From positions 234,972-298,971 of the forward strand of contig CAZCCG010000002.1 of the NCBI GenBank assembly GCA_964497535.1: 64,000 nt of DNA. The letters run 5' to 3'. The translations under genes and the position numbers were made by a program. Origin of the DNA: an uncultured Gammaproteobacteria bacterium (GTDB taxonomy: Bacteria; Patescibacteriota; Microgenomatia; Levybacterales; UBA12049). Of the stretch, positions 50,435-57,791 are shown one piece after another (the first letter of the stretch is position 1; each line of letters opens with the position of its first letter). The notes below the pieces were generated by a model that saw only the letters and a list, made by a program, of their open reading frames with translations, ran no database searches and had not been told where the DNA came from.

Positions 50435-51949
50435 CTACTTGGCAGGAATAATCTGATAGATGTTGAGATAATTATTCGAGTCTCCCTTTTTAATACTCAA
50501 TACGTTCTTTACCGGCCAGCTAAGAGGCGCAACACCAAATCCCTGACATGAAGGACAGGGTTGATAAAATAAAAAGTATGTTGGCATTTTCTTGGCAATT
50601 GTCATAACATCTGCCGGAGGAACGTCTTGAGTCGGCCAGTATCCTTTGATTGTAACATTCGGATCAGATTGGAAATACATCTCCAAAGCAAATGGCATCA
50701 ACCCAAAAGTACCCTGAGTTGCTATATAGATCGGCCCGTTTTGAGATTGCTCTTTAAAAAACGTAATTGATTCTTTCACTCCGACACCTGCCGGCCAACC
50801 GACAACAAATTGATCCAAATCAGTTTGGGGAATTGGTGCGCGAGCAAGATTCGTTATAATGAAAAAATCTGCATAGAGATACCACAAGAATAAAATGCCG
50901 ACAATAAATGCTTTTGCTTTTAACTTTTCTTTAAGTTTGACTATGACAAAAGCCATAACTGGCAACAACGGCAGCGTCATCAAAAGAATATGCCGAGGAT
51001 AAATGACTTTCCCGAAAAATGCAAAATATGTGATAGGAATACCAAAAGCGAGAAAACAAAATAGGATTTCTCTCCAGTGCTTTTTGCCATAGAAGAAAAC
51101 TCCAACCAAAAGAATAAGGGGAATTGACATATAGATAGCTAACCAATTCAAAAGCCCTTTTGTGTTACCAAACACAAATGCAAATGGTTCATGTATCCAA
51201 TCTTTTATCGGATACACAAATGTGGTATTTTTCTCATCAATGATATGGAAAAAAGGAGAAAGCCGCAGAACCGAATAATATACATATGCCAAAACTGAGG
51301 CAATAACCGCATACGTAATCCACTGTCGTAACCTCTTCCCTCTTTCTTTTTCTTTCCAATCAAATAATAACAATGTAAACGGTAAAAAGGCGCTCGTAAA
51401 AAATGCATTAGTTTTGGTAAGCATACCTCCACCCAAAACGAGAGCTAATATAAAGGAGATATCCAGACGCACTCTTCGTACCAAAAGCACTTCAACATAC
51501 AATCCCCATATATAAAATGCCCCCACCAGACTGTCATACAAAGCCATTCGATCATACACCAGCCCAAAGGGATAAATGAGGTAGATTCCGGCAGATATAA
51601 TACCAACCCATTTATTTTTAAAAAGCTCTTTCCCGAAAAAGAATAATCCCAGCATGGTTCCAAATCCGGCAAAAACAGAAACAATTCTTCCGGCAAATAA
51701 CGGATCATGGAAGATTTTAAACATAGGCATCATCAGCCAAATGAAGAGTGGCTGTTTACCATCAGTAAGGGAAATAAATCTCCATGCCGCATCATTAGCC
51801 GCAATTTGTCCCCAACGAATGTAAATCGCTTCATCCGTAAAAATAGGAAGAGCAGTCAAGTTATACAAACGGGTAAGAAAATAAATAACGGTAAATCCAA
51901 GAAGAATGAGTGTTTCTGTTTGATATTTCTGAATGAGTTTATTGATCAT
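50435..51949 (-). CDS. GT-C (ArnT/PMT-like) glycosyltransferase
   Basis: PIFTDEAIYIRW..DGKQPLF, YDRMAL, YPRH. Confidence 0.85.
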   Translation of the reverse strand: MINKLIQKYQTETLILLGFTVIYFLTRLYNLTALPIFTDEAIYIRWGQIAANDAAWRFISLTDGKQPLFIWLMMPMFKIFHDPLFAGRIVSVFAGFGTMLGLFFFGKELFKNKWVGIISAGIYLIYPFGLVYDRMALYDSLVGAFYIWGLYVEVLLVRRVRLDISFILALVLGGGMLTKTNAFFTSAFLPFTLLLFDWKEKERGKRLRQWITYAVIASVLAYVYYSVLRLSPFFHIIDEKNTTFVYPIKDWIHEPFAFVFGNTKGLLNWLAIYMSIPLILLVGVFFYGKKHWREILFCFLAFGIPITYFAFFGKVIYPRHILLMTLPLLPVMAFVIVKLKEKLKAKAFIVGILFLWYLYADFFIITNLARAPIPQTDLDQFVVGWPAGVGVKESITFFKEQSQNGPIYIATQGTFGLMPFALEMYFQSDPNVTIKGYWPTQDVPPADVMTIAKKMPTYFLFYQPCPSCQGFGVAPLSWPVKNVLSIKKGDSNNYLNIYQIIPAK

Positions 51950-51954
51950 ATTTT

Positions 51955-52011
51955 ATTCTTCGAACGAAGTGAGAAGTAAATCGTAATAGTTCTCGCTGAC
52001 ACTCGAACAAT
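51955..52011. repeat. REP-like imperfect inverted repeat in an intergenic region
   Basis: Left arm attcttcgaacgaagtgagaa versus the reverse complement of the right arm, attgttcgagtgtcagcgagaa. Confidence 0.55.
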
Positions 52012-52017
52012 ATGTAC

Positions 52018-53229
52018 TTATTTTACCACTTTTGATGAGCGTAAAGCCAACATAGAAACTCCTGTTGTAAACACAGAAATAAGAATAGAAACGACCAGCA
52101 GTATCTGCATAATCTGCGGAATGGGGGGATCATAATTACCGGTATAGAAAAAGGGGATATATTGAAACAGTGCCAAAAAAGTAATAGTTATAACCCCAAC
52201 TGCAACAATATATTTATTCGCGACCAAAGCAGCAATAGGCACCAGGAATAGGAGGTACCACGGCTGAAATGTAGTACGGAGTGAAGCAAAGACTACCGGG
52301 AGAACCATAAGATAGGTAAGGATGATAAAAAACTGTTCCCATTGTATTGATTTTGATCGAGATAAGACAAACAAACCGATTGCCGCAACAACCAATACGG
52401 CAATATGAATAGGCACTGGAATTGTATCTGCTGCTATTTTAACTCCATAAAAAAGGACAAAGAAAATCCACGCGGCTATATAGTTTTTTTTGACAACAAA
52501 AAACAAAGATACTACTGCAAAAAACATCATAACAATATCGTTGTGAGCTGAGACCAAACCTTCAATGATAACAAAAGGATTGAGTGCAAAAAAAGCAACA
52601 CCTAACAACTGTTCTTTTGGCCGAACTGTTTTTAGAATTTTTCCGATAAAATATGCTGTGCCTATATAGGCTGCTAATGCGATGAATTTAAATAAGAAGA
52701 ACGTCGGCACGAAATACCCCCAACCAATAAAAGAAGCTGGAATTGTAATACCAAGCCACACTGGACCATAGGGATATGTCCGATGTGTCCAATGCATAAA
52801 GGAAAGCATAGGATCACCGGGAAAATCCAAAGCCTTGTGATCGTAGGGATTAAGATGATAATGGGTGACAATCTTTGCGTCAAAAATGTAGTTGAAAAGA
52901 TCATAAGAAAATGCATTATAAGAAACTGCCCCAACCAACGCAGTAATAAAAATAAGTGTCCAAATGGTTTTTGATGAAAATTTTTTAATGTTTTTAAGAA
53001 TCAGCAGGTAGGAAATTAATAATAGAGAAAAAACAGCAATAACTAGAACTGCAGATAAAGGCCGATTAAAATAGCCGATATATTGAAATGATTTTTCCAG
53101 ACTTTGGATAATGGAACTGCGCGAAACGGTAAGACTGAGGTCAATTTGAGTGAAGGAATAAAGAAATAACCCTCCCAAACTAAATAAATATAACCCAATA
53201 AGAAGTTTTTTAAATTTGAAATTTGACAT
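52018..53229 (-). CDS. GT-C, MptA/MptB (GT87)-like polyprenol-P-mannose transferase
   Basis: FSYDLFNY..NPY, YPYGPVW, NPF..E..SAHND, FQPWY. Confidence 0.82.
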   Translation of the reverse strand: MSNFKFKKLLIGLYLFSLGGLFLYSFTQIDLSLTVSRSSIIQSLEKSFQYIGYFNRPLSAVLVIAVFSLLLISYLLILKNIKKFSSKTIWTLIFITALVGAVSYNAFSYDLFNYIFDAKIVTHYHLNPYDHKALDFPGDPMLSFMHWTHRTYPYGPVWLGITIPASFIGWGYFVPTFFLFKFIALAAYIGTAYFIGKILKTVRPKEQLLGVAFFALNPFVIIEGLVSAHNDIVMMFFAVVSLFFVVKKNYIAAWIFFVLFYGVKIAADTIPVPIHIAVLVVAAIGLFVLSRSKSIQWEQFFIILTYLMVLPVVFASLRTTFQPWYLLFLVPIAALVANKYIVAVGVITITFLALFQYIPFFYTGNYDPPIPQIMQILLVVSILISVFTTGVSMLALRSSKVVK

Positions 53230-53240
53230 TTGAAATTGGT
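53210..53240. repeat. Heptamer tandem repeat (ATTTGAA/ATTTGAC) spanning a start codon
   Basis: aaatttgaaatttgacatttgaaatt. The minus strand gives MSNFKFK. Confidence 0.6.
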
Positions 53241-53253
53241 ATTTATTGAAAAT

Positions 53254-54009
53254 TTACTTGTATACTCCATTCAAACTATTCATCTTAATTTTCAAAAGAT
53301 CCAGTACCCCATCAATAGAATCGGTAATGGGATTTACCCGGCGTGTCTCAACATATAACCAGCTGACCGGTACTTCTTTTATTTTGTAGCTCATCTTTTG
53401 TGCCAGATACAATAGTTCAATATCAAATCCTGAAGTAACCGATGAACCTGAGATTGCAGCAAATCCATTATGGATATTTTTGATCTTTGAAAATAATGTA
53501 TGCGCGGCATCCTTTGTAAAAGCTTTGAAGCCACACTGAGTATCTGATAAATCAGGCAATCCTACTATTAATTTTCTCAGTACTATTGATGAACGGGAAA
53601 TAAAAAGACGAATTAGGGGCGCGCCTTTGCGTCGGGTACTGCGTGATCCGATTACCACGTCATATCCTTGATTAAAGTATGGCAGTATTTTTTCTACTTC
53701 TTCAATAGGAGTTGCCTGATCCATATCGGTAAAAAGGATATACTCACCTGTGGCAGCCAGGACTCCGGTTGTTACTGCGCCGGCTTTGCCGGTATGGGAA
53801 TTTTTGATAAGCTTGAAATGTGGATTTTCTTTGACGAACTTCTCTACAAACTCTATACTGCCGTCTTTTGACCCATCATCAACCACAATTACTTCATATG
53901 AATAGCTTTGTTTACCCAGATAGTGATCAACTTTATCCAGAACGCCTTTTTGCAGATTCGCCATTTCGTCATAGGAGGGAATTACAACCGAGAGGAATAT
54001 TGTTTTCAC
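53254..54009 (-). CDS. GT2, dolichyl-phosphate beta-glucosyltransferase-like
   Basis: VDDGSKD, GKAGAV, FTDMDQATP, DTQCGFKAF, FDIELL. GTG start at 54009, 7 nt after TATAAT. Confidence 0.9.
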   Translation of the reverse strand: MKTIFLSVVIPSYDEMANLQKGVLDKVDHYLGKQSYSYEVIVVDDGSKDGSIEFVEKFVKENPHFKLIKNSHTGKAGAVTTGVLAATGEYILFTDMDQATPIEEVEKILPYFNQGYDVVIGSRSTRRKGAPLIRLFISRSSIVLRKLIVGLPDLSDTQCGFKAFTKDAAHTLFSKIKNIHNGFAAISGSSVTSGFDIELLYLAQKMSYKIKEVPVSWLYVETRRVNPITDSIDGVLDLLKIKMNSLNGVYK

Positions 54010-54066
54010 ACTCAAAATTATACTAAAAATACCCGTGCGTTACAAACGGCAGAGATACCTATCGCC

Positions 54067-54095
54067 TTGTGATTGAAGCTGTATTGAGGTAAAAT
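54067..54095 (+). promoter_or_regulatory. Sigma70-type promoter for the tRNA-fragment/GIY-YIG/tRNA unit
   Basis: TTGTGA (54067-72), 17 nt spacer, TAAAAT (54090-95), just upstream of the tRNA 5' fragment. Confidence 0.7.
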
Positions 54096-54106
54096 ACAGA
54101 GGCCAC

Positions 54107-54184
54107 GGCCCCATCGTTCCCGATGGCTTACAGCCATCGAGGATCCTCGATGACAACGATCATCGGGACTAGTGGCCTAGGACA
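54107..54184 (+). pseudogene. Duplicated 5' 27 nt of tRNA-Glu, interrupted by a 51-nt palindromic insert
   Basis: GGCCCCATCGT + insert + CTAGTGGCCTAGGACA is identical to 54428-54454. Confidence 0.9.
54118..54168. repeat. 51-nt nested palindromic (REP-like) insertion
   Basis: Terminal IR TCCCGATG/CATCGGGA. Internal CGATGGCT-tac-AGCCATCG and perfect palindrome CATCGAGGATCCTCGATG. Confidence 0.85.
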
Positions 54185-54190
54185 AACGGA

Positions 54191-54442
54191 ATGTATACTT
54201 ATATTCTGAAAAGTCATCAGAATGGGAAATATTATATTGGTAGTACTACTGATATAAAAAATAGAGTTAAATCCCATAACAAAGGTTATTCTAAATACAC
54301 TAAAAGCAGAGGCCCATTCGATTTAATTTACAAAGAAGAATATAATACACTATCAGAGGCAAGAAAAAGAGAAAGTTATCTGAAATCACTCAAAAGTAGA
54401 AAAGCACTTGAAAAAATAATTAAAAACGGCCCCATCGTCTAG
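54191..54442 (+). CDS. Small stand-alone GIY-YIG nuclease (UPF0213/SLX1-like)
   Basis: YTYIL..YYIGST..R..HN.G..YT..RGP..L.Y.E..A.KRE..LK. The last 15 nt overlap the tRNA. Confidence 0.9.
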   Translation: MYTYILKSHQNGKYYIGSTTDIKNRVKSHNKGYSKYTKSRGPFDLIYKEEYNTLSEARKRESYLKSLKSRKALEKIIKNGPIV

Positions 54443-54500
54443 TGGCCTAGGACATCAGGTTCTCATCCTGAAAACTTGGATTCGAATTCCAATGGGGTCA
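54428..54500 (+). tRNA. tRNA-Glu(CTC)
   Basis: Acceptor stem GGCCCCA/TGGGGTC, anticodon stem TCAGG/CCTGA with loop TTCTCAT, T arm TTGGA-TTCGAAT-TCCAA. CCA not encoded. Confidence 0.95.
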
Positions 54501-54508
54501 CTAAAATT

Positions 54509-54781
54509 TTAAACTTTTTTATACTTCCAATAGAGATATTTCCCTATAATTAGGATCCATGCAAGTCCATAAAAAAATACAATTGTTGTTATATAAAACC
54601 AGGAATTAAGTGGCGCTAAAATTACTAAAGGGAAAAATAAAGGAATAAGAAGTAAAATGATAAATGCTATTGTAGCGCCTATTAAAAATTGCTTATTAGT
54701 AGTTAATTTACCTTCAGTATGGAAATCAGAATATTTAGTAATAGGTTCTTTAAGAAAATTTCCAAATGAATAATATTTCAC
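54509..54781 (-). CDS. Small 2-TM hypothetical protein
   Basis: 90 aa, KY..FLKEPITKY..F, two TMs, basic C-terminal tail. Confidence 0.65.
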   Translation of the reverse strand: MKYYSFGNFLKEPITKYSDFHTEGKLTTNKQFLIGATIAFIILLLIPLFFPLVILAPLNSWFYITTIVFFYGLAWILIIGKYLYWKYKKV

Positions 54782-55011
54782 TACTTTAACTTTAACATAT
54801 TACTAGATAGTTATGAAATATTTTTAGTAAATAAATGAAAATACTTCACAAGATCAGGTATAACAAAATTCCGACCCTCGACCCTTTGGGTCGCTCAAAG
54901 CTATATTTTCTCTCGTGTGAAAACTTATCCGTTTTTCGAAGCTAAAATTGTTCGAAATACACTTTGGTTGTTTCCCTTGACATAAGTTCTAAAGTTTGAA
55001 ATGCTCTAATA

Positions 55012-55296
55012 GTGAAAAAGAAATATACAGTTATTGATTATTTAAAAGAACCACAAACTTTTTATGAAGGGTTTTCCCCTTTTAAAGCTCCTCCCTGGCG
55101 TATAATTCTCTATTGGCTCTTATTTGTATGTGGAATAACTTGGATTATGTTGAATTATGCAGATACATGGATGTTAGACACTTATAAACCTATAATCGTA
55201 TATGGAACAATCTTTATTATTATATATAATGTTCTCCGTTATTTTTATAGAAGACAACAAGTTTTGAGTAATACAAAAAATAAAAAACGATTCTAA
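55012..55296 (+). CDS. Small 2-TM hypothetical protein, similar to 54509-54781
   Basis: 94 aa, KY..YLKEPQTFY..F, two TMs, basic C-terminal tail. Confidence 0.65.
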   Translation: MKKKYTVIDYLKEPQTFYEGFSPFKAPPWRIILYWLLFVCGITWIMLNYADTWMLDTYKPIIVYGTIFIIIYNVLRYFYRRQQVLSNTKNKKRF

Positions 55297-55406
55297 TACC
55301 CTATGGTAGTAAGAACTGAAGAAGAACTTGCCTCAGAATAAATTACACTCTTCCAAGCTTCCAAAGAACCCCTTATCTGGTTCCAATTCTGAATACTAGC
55401 GTCACT
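55289..55406 (-). repeat. Dispersed repeat copy 1 (att-like, headless peptide tail)
   Basis: Shares GATTCTAATACCC, ACTGAAGA and ATCTGGTTCCAATTC with 55860-55962. Ends in GTCACT like the tRNA 3' end. Confidence 0.75.
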
Positions 55407-55474
55407 GCAAGGCCGAAGATTCGGCCAAGATACATGAAATAATCTCAGGCAATGATCTACTCACACAATGAACG

Positions 55475-55771
55475 TCACGATTCTAGTTCCTGATCGGTAA
55501 GCCCCAGAGCTTTGCCCAAAGCGATCGAGTCAGCCAAAGTTTGCTCAGGAGTACTCTCTTCAATAGCGTTCGTATCAACACCCAGTTTCTTAGCTAATGC
55601 GATCGAGTCAGCAAGCGTTTGTTGTGCTGTTGAAGTCGGTTCTAAATCTCGAGTTGTAGGTAACCCGAGCGTCCCCTCCAATCGTCCGATGTGGTAAACC
55701 AATTGCTGCTGTGTTCGATTCAACGACTCGCCAAGCGGTTGCTCAGGAGTAGATAAAGATCCTTTTTCCAT
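55475..55771 (-). CDS. Hypothetical protein with internal repeat
   Basis: QTLADSIALAKKLG / QTLADSIALGKALG. AAGGAGGTGA SD upstream. Confidence 0.7.
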   Translation of the reverse strand: MEKGSLSTPEQPLGESLNRTQQQLVYHIGRLEGTLGLPTTRDLEPTSTAQQTLADSIALAKKLGVDTNAIEESTPEQTLADSIALGKALGLTDQELES

Positions 55772-55859
55772 ACATTATTCACCTCCTTATTCCATTAATA
55801 TCATGAACCATGTTGCTCAAGTATTACATTACTGATAACTGCAAGTCAATAATTGATAA

Positions 55860-55962
55860 GATTCTAATACCCGTACTGAAGATGAAATAGGTTCAGGTTG
55901 GATAATACTTATTGCTCCAATGAACTCCGAATCTGGTTCCAATTCGAAAGAATTAGGACCAC
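55860..55962 (-). repeat. Dispersed repeat copy 2 (att-like, headless peptide tail)
   Basis: See copy 1. The minus frame reads VVLILSNWNQIRSSLEQ*...QYGY*. Confidence 0.75.
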
Positions 55963-55968
55963 AGGAGA

Positions 55969-56688
55969 CTAAAATAGAGTTTGTTTAAACCAATTTACTG
56001 TTGCAGATCTAAACTCTTCTCTCCAAGAATCTTGAGATAAGTCATGAGTTGCTCCTTTTATTTCAATCAATTCTTTTCTCTTCGGATGAACAGGTGCATT
56101 AAGAAATGCATTAATCATTTTAGCAGGGATTATAGAATCTTTCTCCGACTCAATAATTAATATATCTCCAGTAAAATTTACTAGACTTCGGATAGCAGGG
56201 GTATTAGTAATATCCGACATATTATTAAATTTATCTTTTTCTATTTGCATAAGTTGTGTAAGAGTCAAACCCATCATAGAATCAGTGTAAGTTGCAGGGG
56301 CACGAAGAACTAAACTTTTAACTTTCCTCTTGTTGCTTACATATGCTGAAATACCTCCTCCAAAACTAGCACCACACATTCCTATCCTTTCATCATCAAT
56401 AGACTCATTTTTTACTAAATAATCATAAGCTTGCAATCCATCTAAAAAACCGTCGTGGACTTTAAAACTATTCCCTTCCGTATTTGATACAGCATGACCA
56501 CGTAAATTAATAGTCAAAGTAATTATTCCAATTTCTGCTAATCTCTCCCCGAGTGGAATATAGTTCTTTTCACTACTACTGAATCCATGAATTAGAATAA
56601 CGCCTGGATTTTTATGTCTTACTGTTTGAGGCAGAATAAGCGTACCTTGTATAACTTTGCCCTTACTACCAAAATTCACTTTCTGCAT
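55969..56688 (-). CDS. Alpha/beta hydrolase
   Basis: HGF oxyanion motif, GASFG nucleophile elbow, EKD acid, ATH His. Confidence 0.9.
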   Translation of the reverse strand: MQKVNFGSKGKVIQGTLILPQTVRHKNPGVILIHGFSSSEKNYIPLGERLAEIGIITLTINLRGHAVSNTEGNSFKVHDGFLDGLQAYDYLVKNESIDDERIGMCGASFGGGISAYVSNKRKVKSLVLRAPATYTDSMMGLTLTQLMQIEKDKFNNMSDITNTPAIRSLVNFTGDILIIESEKDSIIPAKMINAFLNAPVHPKRKELIEIKGATHDLSQDSWREEFRSATVNWFKQTLF

Positions 56689-56709
56689 AAATCGATTATA
56701 ACATCTCTT

Positions 56710-56757
56710 TTGACTTCAGTATTATCCTCTAGTATAATCTCCTCCGTACATTGATAG
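56710..56757 (+). promoter_or_regulatory. Sigma70 promoter with GTACATTGATAG leader motif (unit 1)
   Basis: TTGACT, 17 nt, TATAAT (56733-38), 7 nt, GTACATTGATAG. Confidence 0.75.
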
Positions 56758-56789
56758 GTGCAGAAGAAGTATCCGAAAGGGGAACGGCA

Positions 56790-57212
56790 ATGCAAAAACA
56801 CCGCTGGGATGACACCACAATTGGTACCTACTGGACATGGGAGATGCCAGAGTTAGCTCGTGAGCTTCCAATCCTGCTTCAGAAAGCAGGCCGAGTCGAG
56901 ATTCTTTCAGAACCTGACTTCCTCACGCGAGTTGTTATCAGGGTGCATCTTCATCAACCAGCAAAGGTTATCGATTGGGGGCAAAACTGGGGAGACGGCG
57001 TAGCAATCAACTCCGCCACCTATGCATGTTTTTCCCGTGGCTTCTCGGCCAACATGAAGCGACTACCTCGCGAGGGAGATACAGTCATCGAACTCGATAT
57101 CGAGCTGGAGATGAGGACGTTTAAAGAGGGACAGGAAATCACACTCGATGACATGCGTAAAGCGCTTCATGAATTCGCTGAACAGATAACCAAAACATGG
57201 TACTATCACTAG
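56790..57212 (+). CDS. Hypothetical protein
   Basis: ATG at 56790 after AAAGGGG SD. GC-richer than the surrounding genome. Confidence 0.65.
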   Translation: MQKHRWDDTTIGTYWTWEMPELARELPILLQKAGRVEILSEPDFLTRVVIRVHLHQPAKVIDWGQNWGDGVAINSATYACFSRGFSANMKRLPREGDTVIELDIELEMRTFKEGQEITLDDMRKALHEFAEQITKTWYYH

Positions 57213-57262
57213 CACTCACGCAGTTCATCACTGCAATGCTAGTAGCTCAGAAAGGGGCAACC

Positions 57263-57658
57263 ATGACTACCGATCCCCCAGTCCCTGAAGGAATGGAATG
57301 GGTACGCAGGTCAACTGCTGTTTATCGTCTGGGAATATCCGAGAGAGCGATATCCCAACGGGTAAAGACGGGAAAACTACTCAAACGTGGTGGTCCTAGA
57401 ACTGGTCAGCCTGCGGAAGTGCTAGTTCCCATCCAGATGCAAGACTCTGTTCTTCAACAGTATAGTAAAGTGCTAGAGCAGGGCATCGAATATGGCAAAC
57501 TTCTGCAACAACGCGACCATTTACTCACTCGTCTAGGAGAAACAGAACGCCGGGCGCAAGATGCAGAAGCCAAACTCAGTCAAGCAATGTCAAAGTTGGC
57601 TCAGTATGAAGTGCTTATGAGTACCATAGCTCAATTGATTCCATCGCACCTACGATGA
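57263..57658 (+). CDS. HTH (MerR/excisionase-like) plus coiled-coil protein
   Basis: AVYRLGISERAISQRVKTGKL helix-turn-helix, heptad-rich C-terminus, AAAGGGG SD. Confidence 0.6.
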   Translation: MTTDPPVPEGMEWVRRSTAVYRLGISERAISQRVKTGKLLKRGGPRTGQPAEVLVPIQMQDSVLQQYSKVLEQGIEYGKLLQQRDHLLTRLGETERRAQDAEAKLSQAMSKLAQYEVLMSTIAQLIPSHLR

Positions 57659-57669
57659 CTATTCTACTC

Positions 57670-57699
57670 GGGCACCCTTCGGGGTGCCCTCTTTCGTTT
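57670..57699 (+). terminator. Intrinsic terminator
   Basis: GGGCACCC-TTCG-GGGTGCCC followed by a T-rich tract. Confidence 0.8.
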
Positions 57700-57733
57700 A
57701 TCCTTCTTCAACCTCTCAAAAGATTCAATTACC

Positions 57734-57781
57734 TTTACTTCTTCCCTACTCTTTCCTATAATGCCATCTGTACATTGATAG
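57734..57781 (+). promoter_or_regulatory. Sigma70 promoter with GTACATTGATAG leader motif (unit 2)
   Basis: TTTACT, 17 nt, TATAAT (57757-62), 7 nt, GTACATTGATAG. Confidence 0.72.
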
Positions 57782-57791
57782 CGAAAATATA

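Noticed and set aside
1499-53871. Many 60-130 aa antisense or alternate-frame ORFs
   Set aside because: They lie within well-supported genes and show no motifs of their own.
54107-54500. Intron-containing tRNA with a homing endonuclease
   Set aside because: The downstream tRNA is already complete, the upstream piece is a duplicate rather than an exon, and there is no room for a group I core.
55289-55962. Integron attC sites or CRISPR repeats
   Set aside because: No RYYYAAC/GTTRRRY ends or long palindrome, only two degenerate copies far apart, and no intI or cas gene in the window.
55909-55971. Read-through of the hydrolase TAG into the in-frame NWNQ tail
   Set aside because: The hydrolase fold is complete at the stop, and the in-frame position has a 1-in-3 chance. 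There is no evidence of recoding.
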